The translations under genes were made by a program, and so were the position numbers. Positions 1-31,718 of a stretch of 64,000 bases of DNA are shown in pieces. A model generated the notes under the pieces. That model was given only the letters and a program-made list of their open reading frames with translations, searched no databases and was not told where the DNA came from. The stretch is from Amoebidium appalachense (lineage: Eukaryota > Protista > Ichthyosporea), in assembly GCA_963693365.1 (NCBI GenBank), contig CAVNZM010000014.1, positions 5,456,001-5,520,000 of the forward strand, given 5' to 3'. Each line of letters opens with the position of its first letter. Position 1 is the first letter of the stretch.

Positions 1-108
1 TGGTCACTAACCCCCCCCCCCCTCCCCCCTCCCCCCACTCCACCCCCACCCTCACCCCCTGCTCCCCTCCCCCCCCCCCCCCCCCCCCCCCATCCCGGCA
101 AAACACAG

Positions 109-18605
<18,497 letters not shown>

Positions 18606-18903
18606 TTCTACGTACATGCACCCAATCGACTCTAATCGGAGGGGACCGATGTGAACGAGATTTTTTTTTTTTCTTTTTCTGAATGTTGTTATTATTGCAG
18701 GCGCATGCTTTGACGGGGTTTTTATACACAATCGAAAGAGCGGTGTCTTTTTTTTTTTTGGCTTTTGTTGTTTCTTTTTTTTGGTTTTGTTTTTTGTGTT
18801 CGGGTGGCAATGGCGGAATTATAATGTCGGCCCAGCCAGCTAGAGTTTTTCAGTGTATGGAGGCCGAAGCTCATTTGCTGGGAGCCAATTTCTCGTTTTT
18901 TGA

Positions 18904-18939
<36 letters not shown>

Positions 18940-19454
18940 TTTTTTTTTTGGTTCACTTTTGCGGCTGAAGGCCGGTGGCAGAGGACGTTTTGCATAGCGG
19001 CATATCCATGGTTCGTTTTGTGAATGACGGATGGTATGTAAAACATAAAATGAAAATCATTGATGTCGATGTGTAAACATTCTGTACGTTCTTTGTATCG
19101 TTTAGTGTTGCCTCCTATGATGCTCTTTGCGCTTTTTTCTCAAGAATGATATGATGCTGAGCCTTAGCGGCTTACCATAAACATAACGTACATACGCACG
19201 CCCGTTTTTTCTGTGCTGTATTTTTCTCGTCTAGTTGTTTGAATATTTTTTGGATTCCCTAATAGATATCTCCCGATTTCATACCCGTCTCTTGAATATC
19301 CCGTACATGTCTCGCGCACCATTGCACCATTTTTGTAATTTGGGGATATATGAAGATATTTGAACATAAATGGCAAAGCTTGGGAAACTGGCATATGTCT
19401 GTCACGGTGACATTATTAATAAAAATCTCTCCTAAAACAGCGTAGCATACATGG

Positions 19455-19485
<31 letters not shown>

Positions 19486-20220
19486 ACCCCACCCCACCCC
19501 CACCGACCCTCCTGCTGCTGATCCCCCCTTCCTCCCCCCCCCCCCCCCCCCCTCCAAGACAACTCCTGGGCCATTTACGCATGTAGAGGCATACTCACCC
19601 ACCCACACACTCCGTGGCACACAAACACACTCACACAAAACCCACATACACATTCCCACATGCACACAGGCATAAGCATACAGGCAAACCACACATGCGT
19701 ACGTGCTGATGCAGCCACGCACGTGCATATGTAACACCACACGATGCATATATGCGCACACATGCATATGTGACACTGTCCGTGCGCGCACACCACCCAC
19801 CCACGCACACACAAACACATGCACTACACACACAAATGTAGGCCCTAGAATAAGCAAATTCATGGCCGTGCGCGTAGCTACCGGTACCCACCACCACCAA
19901 TTTCCCACCCCACACCAAATGCATTGCTACTAAATATATTGATCAGCATATCCATATGCTCACGCGCATTTTCACAAACTATAGCTAGACCACAGCCGCT
20001 CCAGTCAAACCCCAAAAGGCTGCAAGAATTTGCAGGGCAATGTCACTATCAGCGGTTTTTTTAAAAAGACTTCGCATGGCGGACATGTACTGACTGTTGA
20101 ATTCGAGACCTGTACCACCGCTAGGGCAGCCTCACATCTTCGTATGGATGACTCCCCCCCCCCCCCCTCCCCCCCCCCCCCCCCCCCCCCCCCTCTCCCC
20201 CCGAGGGGTCAACACATGTG

Positions 20221-20251
<31 letters not shown>

Positions 20252-20332
20252 CCGCACACACACACACACACACACCTGCACACACACACACGGCTGTCAC
20301 ACACAGAGACAGACAGTCACGCACACACACAC

Positions 20333-20390
<58 letters not shown>

Positions 20391-20857
20391 GCTACTAGTT
20401 CAGGGTTCGTTGTTTCCCTTTGAAACATCATCCATCGAACTGTCAGTGACATATGGTTTAATTTAAAAGATTTACACGGCCTTTTTCTTAGAAAAACGAA
20501 CAGGAGCACTGCACCTTGATAATATGTGTATTTCATGGCTTCCTGTGTTTTACTGCTTCTGCCGCCTAAAACGCAAAGCCGGTGCCGCAGGCACCCCCAA
20601 GCGGTGTCTAACTAAACCATAAGTTAGGGAGGCTGTTCATATGCGAGAGCACATAGACCAACTATCCAATCACAAAGCAGTTTTCAGAAATCTGTTGCGT
20701 ATCGTATCACAATATATATATTGGAAAAGGGGTGGAGGTTCATTATCGTGTATATCTCGATGTATCTAGCCCAGCACCTTGCAAATTTGGAGGCACGGTT
20801 TACCTGGTGCCAGCACCAGAACACAGCCTCACATCTATGTGCCAATAATAAAGAGCA

Positions 20858-20889
<32 letters not shown>

Positions 20890-21242
20890 TTCCCTCCCCT
20901 CCCCTCCCCCCAACCTTGAGAGATTGGATACATTTCGGTTATGCCATAAGTCCCAACCTATAGGCATCAAATATACTAAATAAGACAATCGGAAAACACC
21001 ACAATGACAGCCTGAGGTTCAAACCCGGGGCAGTACACTAATTTACACAACAAAACTGCACGCATAGCATCATCATGATGGTGTTGCGAGTGGAAAGGTT
21101 ACAAATCTCAAAACCCCCTACTAAAATTACAGTGAATATGTTCAGGAGGGTCAAGTTTTCTTGGGTGTATGCCAGCCACTTCCTCTCGACTCCAGCCATT
21201 TAAGTTCCACATGGCGAGTGTACACTGTGACACAACTATCAT

Positions 21243-21390
21243 AATTCCACTTCCTGCACTCGATCATGGTAGATGCTGCACAAGAAATTCCACTTCCTGC
21301 ACTCGATCGTGGTAGATGCTGCACAAGAAATTTCACTTCCTGCACTCGATCATGGTAGATGCTGCACAAGAAATTTCACTTCCGGCACTC
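21243..21390. repeat. 43-bp minisatellite (~3.4 copies) just downstream of the NSE1 stop codon
   Basis: AATT(C/T)CACTTCCTGCACTCGATC(A/G)TGGTAGATGCTGCACAAGA starting at 21243, 21286, 21329 and 21372 (partial). Confidence 0.9.
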
Positions 21391-21395
21391 AACCA

Positions 21396-21779
21396 TCAGC
21401 GGTCTCGGTTGGCTCTGGATCTCTTCTCGCCTTGCTCCCGTTCGGCCTCAGCTGTGAGAATTTACAGAAGGATTAGTTTCCGGGTGGAGGGGGGTGGTTG
21501 GCAGGTGGTTGTGGTGGTGGTTGTCTGCAAGGGTATAATGCTTGTGTGTGAGTGGGTGGGTGGGGGGGGGGGGGGAGGGGGAGGGGGGGGGGGGGGGGGG
21601 GGTTGAATGCGGAACACGGTACGAAGTACGCATACACGAAGAGAAGCATGGTGCAGGACACATGCAAAGGCAAACATTCAAGTATGCAACATCAGCCATA
21701 CGCACAGTATGCGTCATAAGCAGAGGGGGGATCTGTAAGGATGAAGGCCAACAACAGTGGCACAAAGCTGTGTGCGTGC

Positions 21780-21847
<68 letters not shown>

Positions 21848-23831
21848 ATGTGCGTGTGTGTTTGCGCGCGCGGCTGCATGTGTGTGAGCGGGCGCGGGTG
21901 CGTGGGTGTGTGTGCCTAAATGTGTGAAGGTTTGTGCAGCTGTTTAAAAGATAAATGTCTTTACATGTGTGTATATCTGTGTAACTGGGTGTGTAGATTC
22001 ATGCAGGCATTAGGTGTGTTTGCTCGCTTCTCTGTGCGAGAATGTTTGTATGTGCGTGTCATGGTCTAGGTGCAGAGTGTGCTGACATGAGTCCTAGAGA
22101 GAAAGACATCGACTGTGCGTGTTTGTGTGTGTGGTGGTGGGCAGGGGGAGGGGGGGGGGAGGGGGGGGGGGAGAGAGAGGGTTGCCGGAGGGGGGTGGGG
22201 AGGGAGAGGCGAGGGAGGGGAAGAGGGGGTGCCGGGGAGAGGGGAGGGGGGGAGGGGGGGCCATCCATACGTGAGACATCTCTAGGCCATGGCTCACGGC
22301 ACTGACTGCACACTGCATGGGATGTGCCCAGCTGCTGCTGAAGACGACGGGCACAAAGGTCATGCAGACGAGTATCACAGTTACGACAGGTGGCACCCTG
22401 CACGTGTGGGGGGGAGGGAGGGGGGGGGGGGGGAGGGGGGAAGGGGGTGAGAGGGGAGAGGAGGGGGGGGGGGGGGGGGGGGGAGAGTGTGTGTATGTGG
22501 GGAGGTAAGGGAGGGAAGGAGGAGGGAACAGGTGGGGGGATGGGGGTGGGGGTGGGGGGAGGGGGGGGGATTTTGGGAAGGGTGGGTGTGTGTTGGGGAG
22601 GGGGAGCGAGATGGGGGGGGGGGGGGAGAAGAGGGGTTAGAATGCGAATCACCGTGACAAAGTACAATTACAGCATTAAGAAACACTGTGCAGCACATAT
22701 TCAACGGTACATACACATTCAAGTATGCAACATCAGCAACGCGGGCAGTATGCAGCAGAAGGTGGAGCCCACCCTCAGGTATGTGTGTGTGGGCGGGAAA
22801 ATGGGTGGGGGGGGGGTTTTGGATGGTGGATGGTTGTTGTGGGGGGGGGGGGGGGGGGGGAGGTTGGAAGGGAAGTGTGTGTGTGTGGGGGTTGTTGTAA
22901 AGGGGAAGGGGGGAGGGGGGGGGGGGGAGGGGGGGGGGGGGGAAGGAGGCTGGGTGTGTGTATATGTATGTGGTGGGAAGGGGAAAGAGGTGATGGTGTG
23001 TATGGTGTAAGGAGAGGACGCGGAAGTTTCGGTTGTGCTGCGCACACAAAGGCGGAGGAGGGGAAAGCGGAGAGGTGGTAAGAGGAAGACGGGGAGGGGG
23101 GAGGGGGGGGGGGGGGGGGGGAGTTGAAATGTGTTAACATGTACAAAGCAAACAATCACGAGGGACAACACAATGCTGAATCCCTCCGGAATCCGGAAGG
23201 AACACACCATAGTAATCATTATAAGTAAACCGGGGGAGGGGGGGGGGGGGGGGGGGGGGAGGGGGGGGAGGGGGGAGGGGGGGGGCGGGAGGGGGGAAAG
23301 TCATCAAAGGCGGAAGGAAGGTTGGATGTATTAAAGAATACGGGTTGCACATTGGAAAGGGACAACACGATGCAGAGAGCAAGCCATATAAAGAGTATGC
23401 ATAGCAGAGACCATCCTCAGACGGGGCCTGGGCAATGGTCATCCACAATACCCGAACTCCGGGGGGGGGGGGGGGGAGGGGGGGGGGAAGATAATTGGCG
23501 TGGGGCAAAAGGGTTTGGTGGTGGTGGTGGTGAGGGGAGGGAGGGGGGAAGGGATGAAGGAAAAGAGAGGGAAGGGGGGAGGAAGGGGAGGGGGGTTGGG
23601 AAGGGGAGGGGGGGGGGGAAGGGGGGGGGGGGGGGGGGGGGAAGGGAGGGGGGGGGGGGGGGGGGGGGGGAAGGCAAAGACTTGCCCTGACAGCCAGGAC
23701 TTTGCAGATGTCGCAATCAGCCATGTGGTCCTGGTAGTTGTCTCGAAGATATTGGGGTAGCTCCATGAGGGTCCGGGGCCCAAGATACACCTTGGCACTG
23801 GGGGTGTGTGTGTGTGTGTGGGTGTGTGTGT

Positions 23832-23905
<74 letters not shown>

Positions 23906-24073
23906 TGTGTGTGTGGGTGTGTGTGTGGTGAAGTAGCTCCATGAGGGTACGGGGCCCAAGATACACCTTGGCACTGGTGTGTAGGTGGGTGTGTGTGTGG
24001 GGGGGGGGGGGGGGGGGGGGGGAGGGGGGCAGAGGAGAGGGGGGGGGGGAGGAGAGGAAGGGTTAGTGAGTGT

Positions 24074-24116
<43 letters not shown>

Positions 24117-25203
24117 GGGGGGGGGGGGGAGTGAGTGAGTGGGTGTGTGTGTGTGCATGCTTGTGTGTGTGTGTGTATGTGTGTGTATGTGTTCGTGCAA
24201 ACTTGTGTGGGTGCTTGTGTGTGTGTGCGTGTGTGTGTGTGTGTGTGCGCGCGCGCATGTGCGTGCGTGTGTGTGCACATGGGGATTTGTGTGCGGGTGC
24301 ATGTACGTGGTTGTGTGTTCATGTGAATTTGTGAATCGCTCAGTCAGTCCACACACTCGTATTGCAGGACCACACTTACCCATTCCCCCCTCCCCCCTCC
24401 CCCCTCCCCCCTCCCCCCTCCCCCCCCCTTCCGGGCATCTATCCACAATATCCGCCTAAAACTCTTATCAACATGCTCAGAAATCCTTTTCCTCCCCATC
24501 ATTTTGATCCCGCCAAGACTCTTACCCTCTAGCTCCTTTGACCCTTTTGACAGGGATAACACGAGCACACAAAAATATACACTGGAGTCAGTTTAAATAT
24601 TCGTAGCCATGCCAACAGAGAACACCTAGAAGCACCTATAAGGAAGGGTAAGTACCTCGGCCCAACTAGTCCCCTAGCCCAGCCATAGCCAACTCACGCA
24701 CCAATCGAGAAGACAGGTAGCCTAGTCAGTACACGCGACAGTGAGCCATTCAAAACCCAGACACGTGATATGCAGCCAATAAAACCACCCCACTAAAAAC
24801 CAGTTAAGGGATAGGGAGCCAGTCAAAATAAACCCGTAACCTAAAAGAGAGCCAATTAAAACCCAGTAACGTAATAAACATCCAATCAAAAACCCAGTTA
24901 CGTCACTGCGACCCAATCAAACCCCAGAAAAGTGACATTGAGCCAATCAAAAGCAAGACACATGGCATTGATCCAATCAAAACCCATGCACGTGACATTA
25001 AGCCAATGAAAACGCACCCCGACAGCGCCAGCCACGAATCAGCCACCAGCCTCTCGAGTGCCGACTCAACCTCCTGCTTTGTGACTTTTGTCCCCTCCAG
25101 CCGGCCGGCAATAATCTTCACGTCCACTGCATTGATCTCTCCCTCCCGTGACTTGACTATCGACACAACCTATTATCATACCATTGATGTTAGTATCATG
25201 AAT

Positions 25204-25239
<36 letters not shown>

Positions 25240-27014
25240 GAAAGATAAGGGTTGGGAGGGGTTGAAAGGAGGGAGGTGGTGAGAAGGGGGGGGGGGGGAG
25301 TAAGTATATATATAAATACAAAATGTTTGGGGGGGGGGGGGGAGACGAGGGGAGGTGGGGAGGAGGGGGGGGGGGGGGGAGGCGGGGGGGAGAGGGGGGA
25401 GGGGGGAGGGGGGAGGGGAGGGGGTGTTGTCAGCGGGATAGGGAGCATATTATCGGGTTGTGTAAGAACACTAATGAGCGGGGTGAGGGAAGGGAGGTGG
25501 GTTGTGGTATTGTGTATGTACATGTGCTGTGTGTGTGCGGGAATGGGAGACGGGAGCCCAGGGAGGGGGCGTGTGGGGGTGGGGGTGGGGGGGTGGGGGG
25601 GAATAGAGGACACCCCCTATCCCTCCCCCCCCCTTTTTTTGGGAAATCAGCAAGCCAAAGAACACCAAGACTCGGTGGGAAAGTAACGATACATACACGG
25701 TGTTGGGAGTAATTATAAAGGGAAAAGGGAAAGAGGGAGGGGCCACCTGCAGGGGATATTTGTTCCGGGGGGGGGGGGGGGGGGGGGGGGAAGAGGGGGA
25801 GGGGGGGCAAGGAAGGAGGCCTAACGGAGGACACGGGCAGGGGGACCACAGGGGGAAGGGGGGGGGGGGGGGGGGGGGGGGGCACACACAGTAGCCTTGA
25901 AGAGTTCAACCTCCTTGGGGCTCAGACTTGTGGCCAACTGGGCTGCCTCGTCCATGTACGTGTTGACCTGCACACAGATGGAGGTGAGTGAATGGGTCTA
26001 AATGCAGGCGTGGTAAGGTTCTGGGTGTCGTGTTTCTTCTTGTTTTGTGTGCGTGTTTTTTCTTTTTTTTTTTTTTTTTTGTTCTGCTTTGGGTGGGTGG
26101 GTGGGTGGGTGGGTGGGTGGTGCTAGTGTGGGTGGGGGTGGGGCGTATAGGTGGACGGGCAGGCAGGTGTGGTGAAGAGAGAGGGCCAGGGGGATCGGGG
26201 GAGGGGGGGGGGGGGGGGGGGGGGTGTTCTAAGGAGCTGGGTGGCTAGGTGGTTGGGTGCTTGGGGGTTGGGGAAAGTACGGGGGGGTTTCCTAAGCAAT
26301 ATAACCCCTCCCCCGCCTTCCCTGCCCTATCCCCCCGCCCCTCCCCCTCCTCCTTCCCCATCCCCCCCCCCCCCCTCCCCTCCCTTTCTGCCACCCCTCC
26401 CTCCCCTCCCCCTTCCTCCCCTGCCCCCTCCCCCCCCCCCCCCCCCCCCCCCCTTCCCGAGAAGGACCCTTCTTCTACGTCTGCTTGTGACTGATTGCCC
26501 ATAACAAGCATCCACATTAGCCACAGGTCAGCCACGCACAAGATAAAGGGCTAAACCAGCAAGAAGGGCGTGCAGAGGGGGATGGGGGGAAGGGGGGAAG
26601 GGGGGGTAAGAGGCCATTATACAGGCAACCGAACAAACATGCACACGGAATATTGTGGTGAAGGCAACTGCTGCGTGAAACAGAATGTGATGGACGTGCT
26701 TGAGTACTAGAAATAAAGCTCATCGTCGTAGTTTGAATGATGGAGAACATTTAATTGAACATGGTTTCACATACCATTGCCACAATGGTGGTTCCATCCT
26801 CCTCCGATGTGTGCTGTTTGATCTCGAGAGACAGAGCCTGCAGCTGTGCGTTTGCCCTCTGACAAAACTCCCCCAAAGTGAAATCTACATTGCCGTATTC
26901 GTTGCAGTGTGACACCAAGTTCTTTGCTTGATCTTGTTTCAGTAACCTGCCTGCGACTACTCCCTGAACGAAAAGTGCCACTGCCTCCTTCGGACGTTGC
27001 TCTTGGTCAACCAT
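21396..27014 (-). CDS. NSMCE1: SMC5/6 complex subunit NSE1 (winged-helix region plus RING-like zinc finger)
   Basis: Exons (minus): 27014-26775, 25967-25890, 25169-25018, 23797-23686, 22397-22271, 21451-21396 (last exon less certain). Peptides [48 protein letters not shown] and [24 protein letters not shown] are typical of Nse1. GC donor after exon 4. Confidence 0.9.
21603..21725 (-). mobile_element. 452-bp element, short 3' fragment on the minus strand (in poly-G on +)
   Basis: Reverse complement reads CTCTGCTTATGACGCATACTG...CCGCATTCAA-(C)n, the same 3' end as the other copies. Confidence 0.85.
22636..22779 (-). mobile_element. Old, diverged copy of the 452-bp element 3' half
   Basis: Reverse complement contains CCTGAGGGTGGGCTC...GCATACTG...GCTGATGTTGCATACTTGAATGT...CGCATTCTAACCC. 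Confidence 0.65.
23933..23977 (-). repeat. Duplicated acceptor plus first ~40 nt of NSE1 exon 4
   Basis: CAG|TGCCAAGGTGTATCTTGGGCCCCG(T/G)ACCCTCATGGAGCTAC occurs starting at 23977 and at 23800 (minus strand). Confidence 0.85.
24740..25010. repeat. Degenerate ~30-bp tandem repeat with a CCAAT in each unit (NSE1 intron 3)
   Basis: CCAAT at 24776, 24852, 24882, 24913, 24943, 24973 and 25003, each followed by an AAAACCCA-like sequence and often (C)GTGAC or CGTCAC. Confidence 0.7.
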
Positions 27015-27852
27015 GTTAAACGTGTGTAAGAACAAAGGCAAAGATAAAAGAAAAAGAAAAAAAAGAAGTATATTGTAGAAATGTGAAGACGTAAAGTAAA
27101 TTGAACCCTGTAGACACACGCTAATGTTTTTTAACAAAAAAAAACCCCCAGTCTGTTTCAACGGCGGTTTTCTCTTGCTTATTTATTGTTCGTTCTGATG
27201 ACAGCATGGGTTCCTATTCTCGTCTTGCCTAAGAACTATGAACAACCGAACTCGTTGACCTTTCCCTCCTACACACGCTATTGTGAATAACCAATCAAAA
27301 TTTCAATCAAAAATCTATCTTTATGCCCACTGCTCTATACTAAAAGATTTTTCGCCTAGACACCCTCTCTCTTGTGCCTTTATTCTCCGCTTCGTTTCTT
27401 CGCTCTCGCGCTGCCAGTGCCTGGGGAATCGGGGAGTTTCGCGCCAAAATGCTTACGTCATAACCCGCTAACGAGCCAATCAAATACATCAAATCGAAAC
27501 GATGCCCAATCAAAATACGCGGTGGATTTTTTGGCGGGAAAGATCTATAACGTTACGCCATGCGAGAGCTCCAAACAAACACAGCCACATAACTTGAAGA
27601 ACACGAAAACGAAAAAACGCAAAAAAACAAAACAAAAAAAAAACATAGAAAGGTCAAAGATCATATAAACCTTGAATCAGAAGGAATAATAGGGAAAAAG
27701 AAAGGAAACACGTTCACCAGAACTACGCGCTGCACTGAAATCTGTAGTGGCGTTCGTTTTCTTGTTTCTTTGTTATTCAGCACAGCAAGTCTGTGCTTTA
27801 GTGTCATCAGCGACTTTCTCTTCATTCGTCGTCTTACAAGCCCAAAGCAAAA
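27015..27852. promoter_or_regulatory. Bidirectional NSE1/RPA2 promoter with E2F and CCAAT (NF-Y) sites
   Basis: 838 bp separate the divergent ATGs. TTTCGCGCC 27437-27445; TTGGCGGGAAA 27531-27541; CCAAT at 27291, 27476 and 27506. No microsatellites in this stretch. Confidence 0.7.
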
Positions 27853-29801
27853 ATGTGGCAGGTAAGCACCTGTTTAGTCTCGTTTTTGGCCAGAAGTTCA
27901 TCCTTACACGCTTGTAACGCGTTCCATCCATGCGAACTGTAACTGTGCGCTTCTACGTGTTCTTTGTCTTCCCTGTTTGTATATACGCAAGAGTGTTGTG
28001 CTCACATGAAACCACCACTACGGTTTTCCTGTGCACACCTTCTTCTTTAGTGCAAACCTATCAACCCAGGTTCACACTAATAGTCCTTGCAACTTAACTG
28101 CACGCAAATAATCCTTTCAACCCAGTCTTCTCATCAACAACTTAGCCTCACACAAAAGTGACTATCCTTCACAGGGAAGCCAGGGAGGCGGTTTCATGCG
28201 CGGTGGCAATGATGGTGCCGGCGGGGACACGCGGCCAGCTGGCCCTACCCACTCTTGCCCCCCAGTATCTATCAAGCAGGTGCTCCAGGCCCAGCAAGAC
28301 CTGGGTGATGATCTCTTCAAAATTGACGGCAGGAGCCCAAATCAGGTGCGAACATGGAATGGGGTTGATCGGGAAGTGTAGAAAAAGTGGGCAGAAACTT
28401 GTGTACCAACTTTGTTAGCTTAAAGTGTTGAACTGATGTTGAGGTGGGGGTTCAAATGTTTTGGGATTGTGTGTATATAAAGTGTGTGAAAGTAAGTGAT
28501 TTTGGGTGGGCGCAAATACTTACGGAAAGGTTGTTGGGTAAGAGCAGGGGGGGGGGGGGGGACACTTTTGTATGTGTGTGGACACTTGGAAATTCTTCTT
28601 AACCGCTGCTACAACATACAACCACTACATTGCTCTTAGCAAACGCTTATGTTTTTTGCATCCCTCTAACTTCCCATGTTCATGTTCCGCAGGTTACCTT
28701 TATTGGTCGTATCATGTCCGTGCAGCCACAATCTACGAACGTTGTTTACAAGATAGAGGATGGCACCGGCCAAATTGACGTCAAGTTGTGGGTGGATAAC
28801 GATGACAATGATGCAGAGGCACAAAAACGGGCACAATGGAGGTATGCCTGCAAAACGTACTTGGGCTTGGTGTCTAATGGTTACTACTTGCACCTTGTTC
28901 TCCCCCTCCCCTCGCCCCTCCCCCCACCATAACCACCACCACCACCCACCTACCACCCACTCACCCCCACCCCCACGCCTTCCCTCCCTACCCCCACCCC
29001 CCCCTCCCCCACCCCACCCACCCAACCCCTACCCCACCCTCCACCCCACCCCCGCCCCTTCCCTCCCTACTCCTCCCCCCTGCACCCCCACACCTAACCT
29101 TTTTTTGAAACTGAACCCCAATCCTCATCCCCTGCCGATCCACACACAGACACCCACACCCACACATGCCGATACACACTGCTTGCATTGTGTTTCTTTG
29201 CCTCGTCCCCATACGCACATGCACATGCACAGACACACCTTCACACCCACCTCTCACACTGCATCATCTTCTCCCCTCCCCCCCCCCCCGCCCCCCACCC
29301 ACCCACCCCCCATCCCAACCCCCCTTTTCCCGTCCCCACCCGGATCCCACATCCCCACATCCGTGCTCTCACTTTCACGTCCTCTTTCATATATATTCTC
29401 CCTTTGCCCTCACAGCCCTTCCTCACACCTAGCCGTCCCCTCCCCCCAATCTCATCCTGCTTGAACCCCCCTCAACCCCTCCCCCGCCTCTCCCAATGCA
29501 CACACACCTCTGAAATCAACTTTTACTGAGAGGTTCTCGCTTCTCCGTGTCAACACTATTCTCGTTTTCTGCTCTAACACTTCTTCCCACCACGCAGGGA
29601 GGGAGTATACGTGCGTGTTGTCGGTCAGATCCGGTCGTTCCAGGAAACACGCAGCATCGTAGCGTACCACATCAAGACCATCCAAGACTTCAACGAGGTG
29701 ACCTACCACCTACTGCAGACCATCCACACCCACCTCACCGTCACAAAGGGCAGCACGGTACTTTATCTCCCCCCCCCCCCCCCCCCCCCCCCCCCTCCCC
29801 C

Positions 29802-29835
<34 letters not shown>

Positions 29836-30223
29836 CGCCCACCCGCCACCCACCCACCCACCCACCCCGCCTCCCTCCCCCCCCCTCCCCCCCCTCCCCT
29901 TTGCCTCTTCCTTCCCCTTTTTAGTTTTTCTTTCTTGCTCTTTCATGGGATGCTCCCTTTCTCTCTCTCCCTCCCTGCCCCACCTCTTTCCATCATCGCC
30001 AATCATCTCCCACTCACCCCTCTCCCTCTGTACCTCATCCTCCGGTCCCCCCCCCCCCCCCCCCCCCTCTCCCCGATTGCCTGCATGTACCTTCTGCCCA
30101 ATTTCTCTCAGTGACTCCCCCTCTCCCCAGCCATCTCCTCTCTCTCCCTCTCTCTCTCTCTCTCCCTCTCTCCCTCTCTCTCTCCCTCTCCCTCTCCCTC
30201 TCTCCCTGTCCCTCTCCCTCTCC

Positions 30224-30305
<82 letters not shown>

Positions 30306-30492
30306 CCTCCCTTTCCCTCTCTCTCTACTCCATTTCCCCCCCCCTTCCCTTCTTCCTCCTCCCCCCCGCTCCCCCTTTCCTACATCTGTACTGCTCTGGT
30401 TGGCGTGTTAACCTCCTCTCTGATCTCCCCCCCCCCCCCCCCACACACACACACACACACACAGAGACACACACCCTCCCTCCCCACGCCGG

Positions 30493-30580
<88 letters not shown>

Positions 30581-30880
30581 TCACTCACTCACCCCATCTG
30601 GCCACTCTCCTTGCTAAGTACAAGCTGTTGCCCACACGTGAATGTACGCACGGGGAAGGGGGGGAGGGGGGGGGGGGAGGATTGCTGAGAGGGAGAGAGA
30701 GAGGGGGGGGAGGAGGGGGGAGGGGGGGGGAAGGGGCACACATCGGTATAGACACACTCAAATGCACCAGCAGTTGCACACACACGTGCACTTCGTTGTG
30801 CTTGCAGGCATGCGCACACACACTCTCACACACTAACACACACACATCACCCTCTCCCCCCCCCCCCCCCCCTCCCCCCC

Positions 30881-30919
<39 letters not shown>

Positions 30920-31482
30920 TTCCCCCCCCCCCCCCCCCCCCCCCCCTCCCCCCCCCCCCCCCCCCCCCCCCTATTTTCCTTCCTAACCCCTTTTCTTTCT
31001 TCAGGGTGGTTTAACCTCTGCCCCCACGTTTGGTGGTGCGCCTACTGGTGGCATGTCCCACGGAGGCATGGGGGCTGGGGCCGGGTTTGGTGCCCCTGCT
31101 GCAGCAGCCCCAGCTGCATACGGTGGGGGTGTGGGCAACGACTTTGAGAACCCGCTGCAGAGAGACGTAAGTGTTTAAACGTTACATCTTTCCTTTTTTT
31201 CCCTTTGGCCCTTCCTCTCTCAACTTGTGATGAGAAAATATCCTCTGTGCTGTATGTTGTGAATGTGTGCTTTTTGGCGTAACTTATTCCCTAACCCCCC
31301 TCCTCCCCTCCCCTTCCCCCCCCCCCCCCCCCCCCCCCATCCCCCCGCACGCGAAAAAACAAAATACTTCATAATCTACTAATGTTGCATACTCCATGTG
31401 TGTGGTTTGCATTTGCAAAGCCTACACTGTGTTGTCCGTCTTGTATTTTTATTTTGTGCTCTGAAACGCTTTTTAACCCTCC

Positions 31483-31514
<32 letters not shown>

Positions 31515-31578
31515 AAAATAAAATTAAAATAAAATAAAAATTTAAATAAATAAATAAAAAATCTCCTCTCCCCCTCCT

Positions 31579-31609
<31 letters not shown>

Positions 31610-31648
31610 TGCACATGCACACACACACATGCGCGCGCGCGCGCGTAC

Positions 31649-31718
<70 letters not shown>

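Noticed and set aside
21243-21390. 43-bp repeats as a CRISPR array
   Set aside because: Units are contiguous with no unique spacers, there are no cas genes, and the context is eukaryotic.
21726-21745. Alternative NSE1 last-exon acceptor (TTACAG) running into the mobile-element fragment
   Set aside because: It would translate repeat and poly-C sequence; the acceptor at 21452 gives a cleaner short terminal exon. Not formally excluded.
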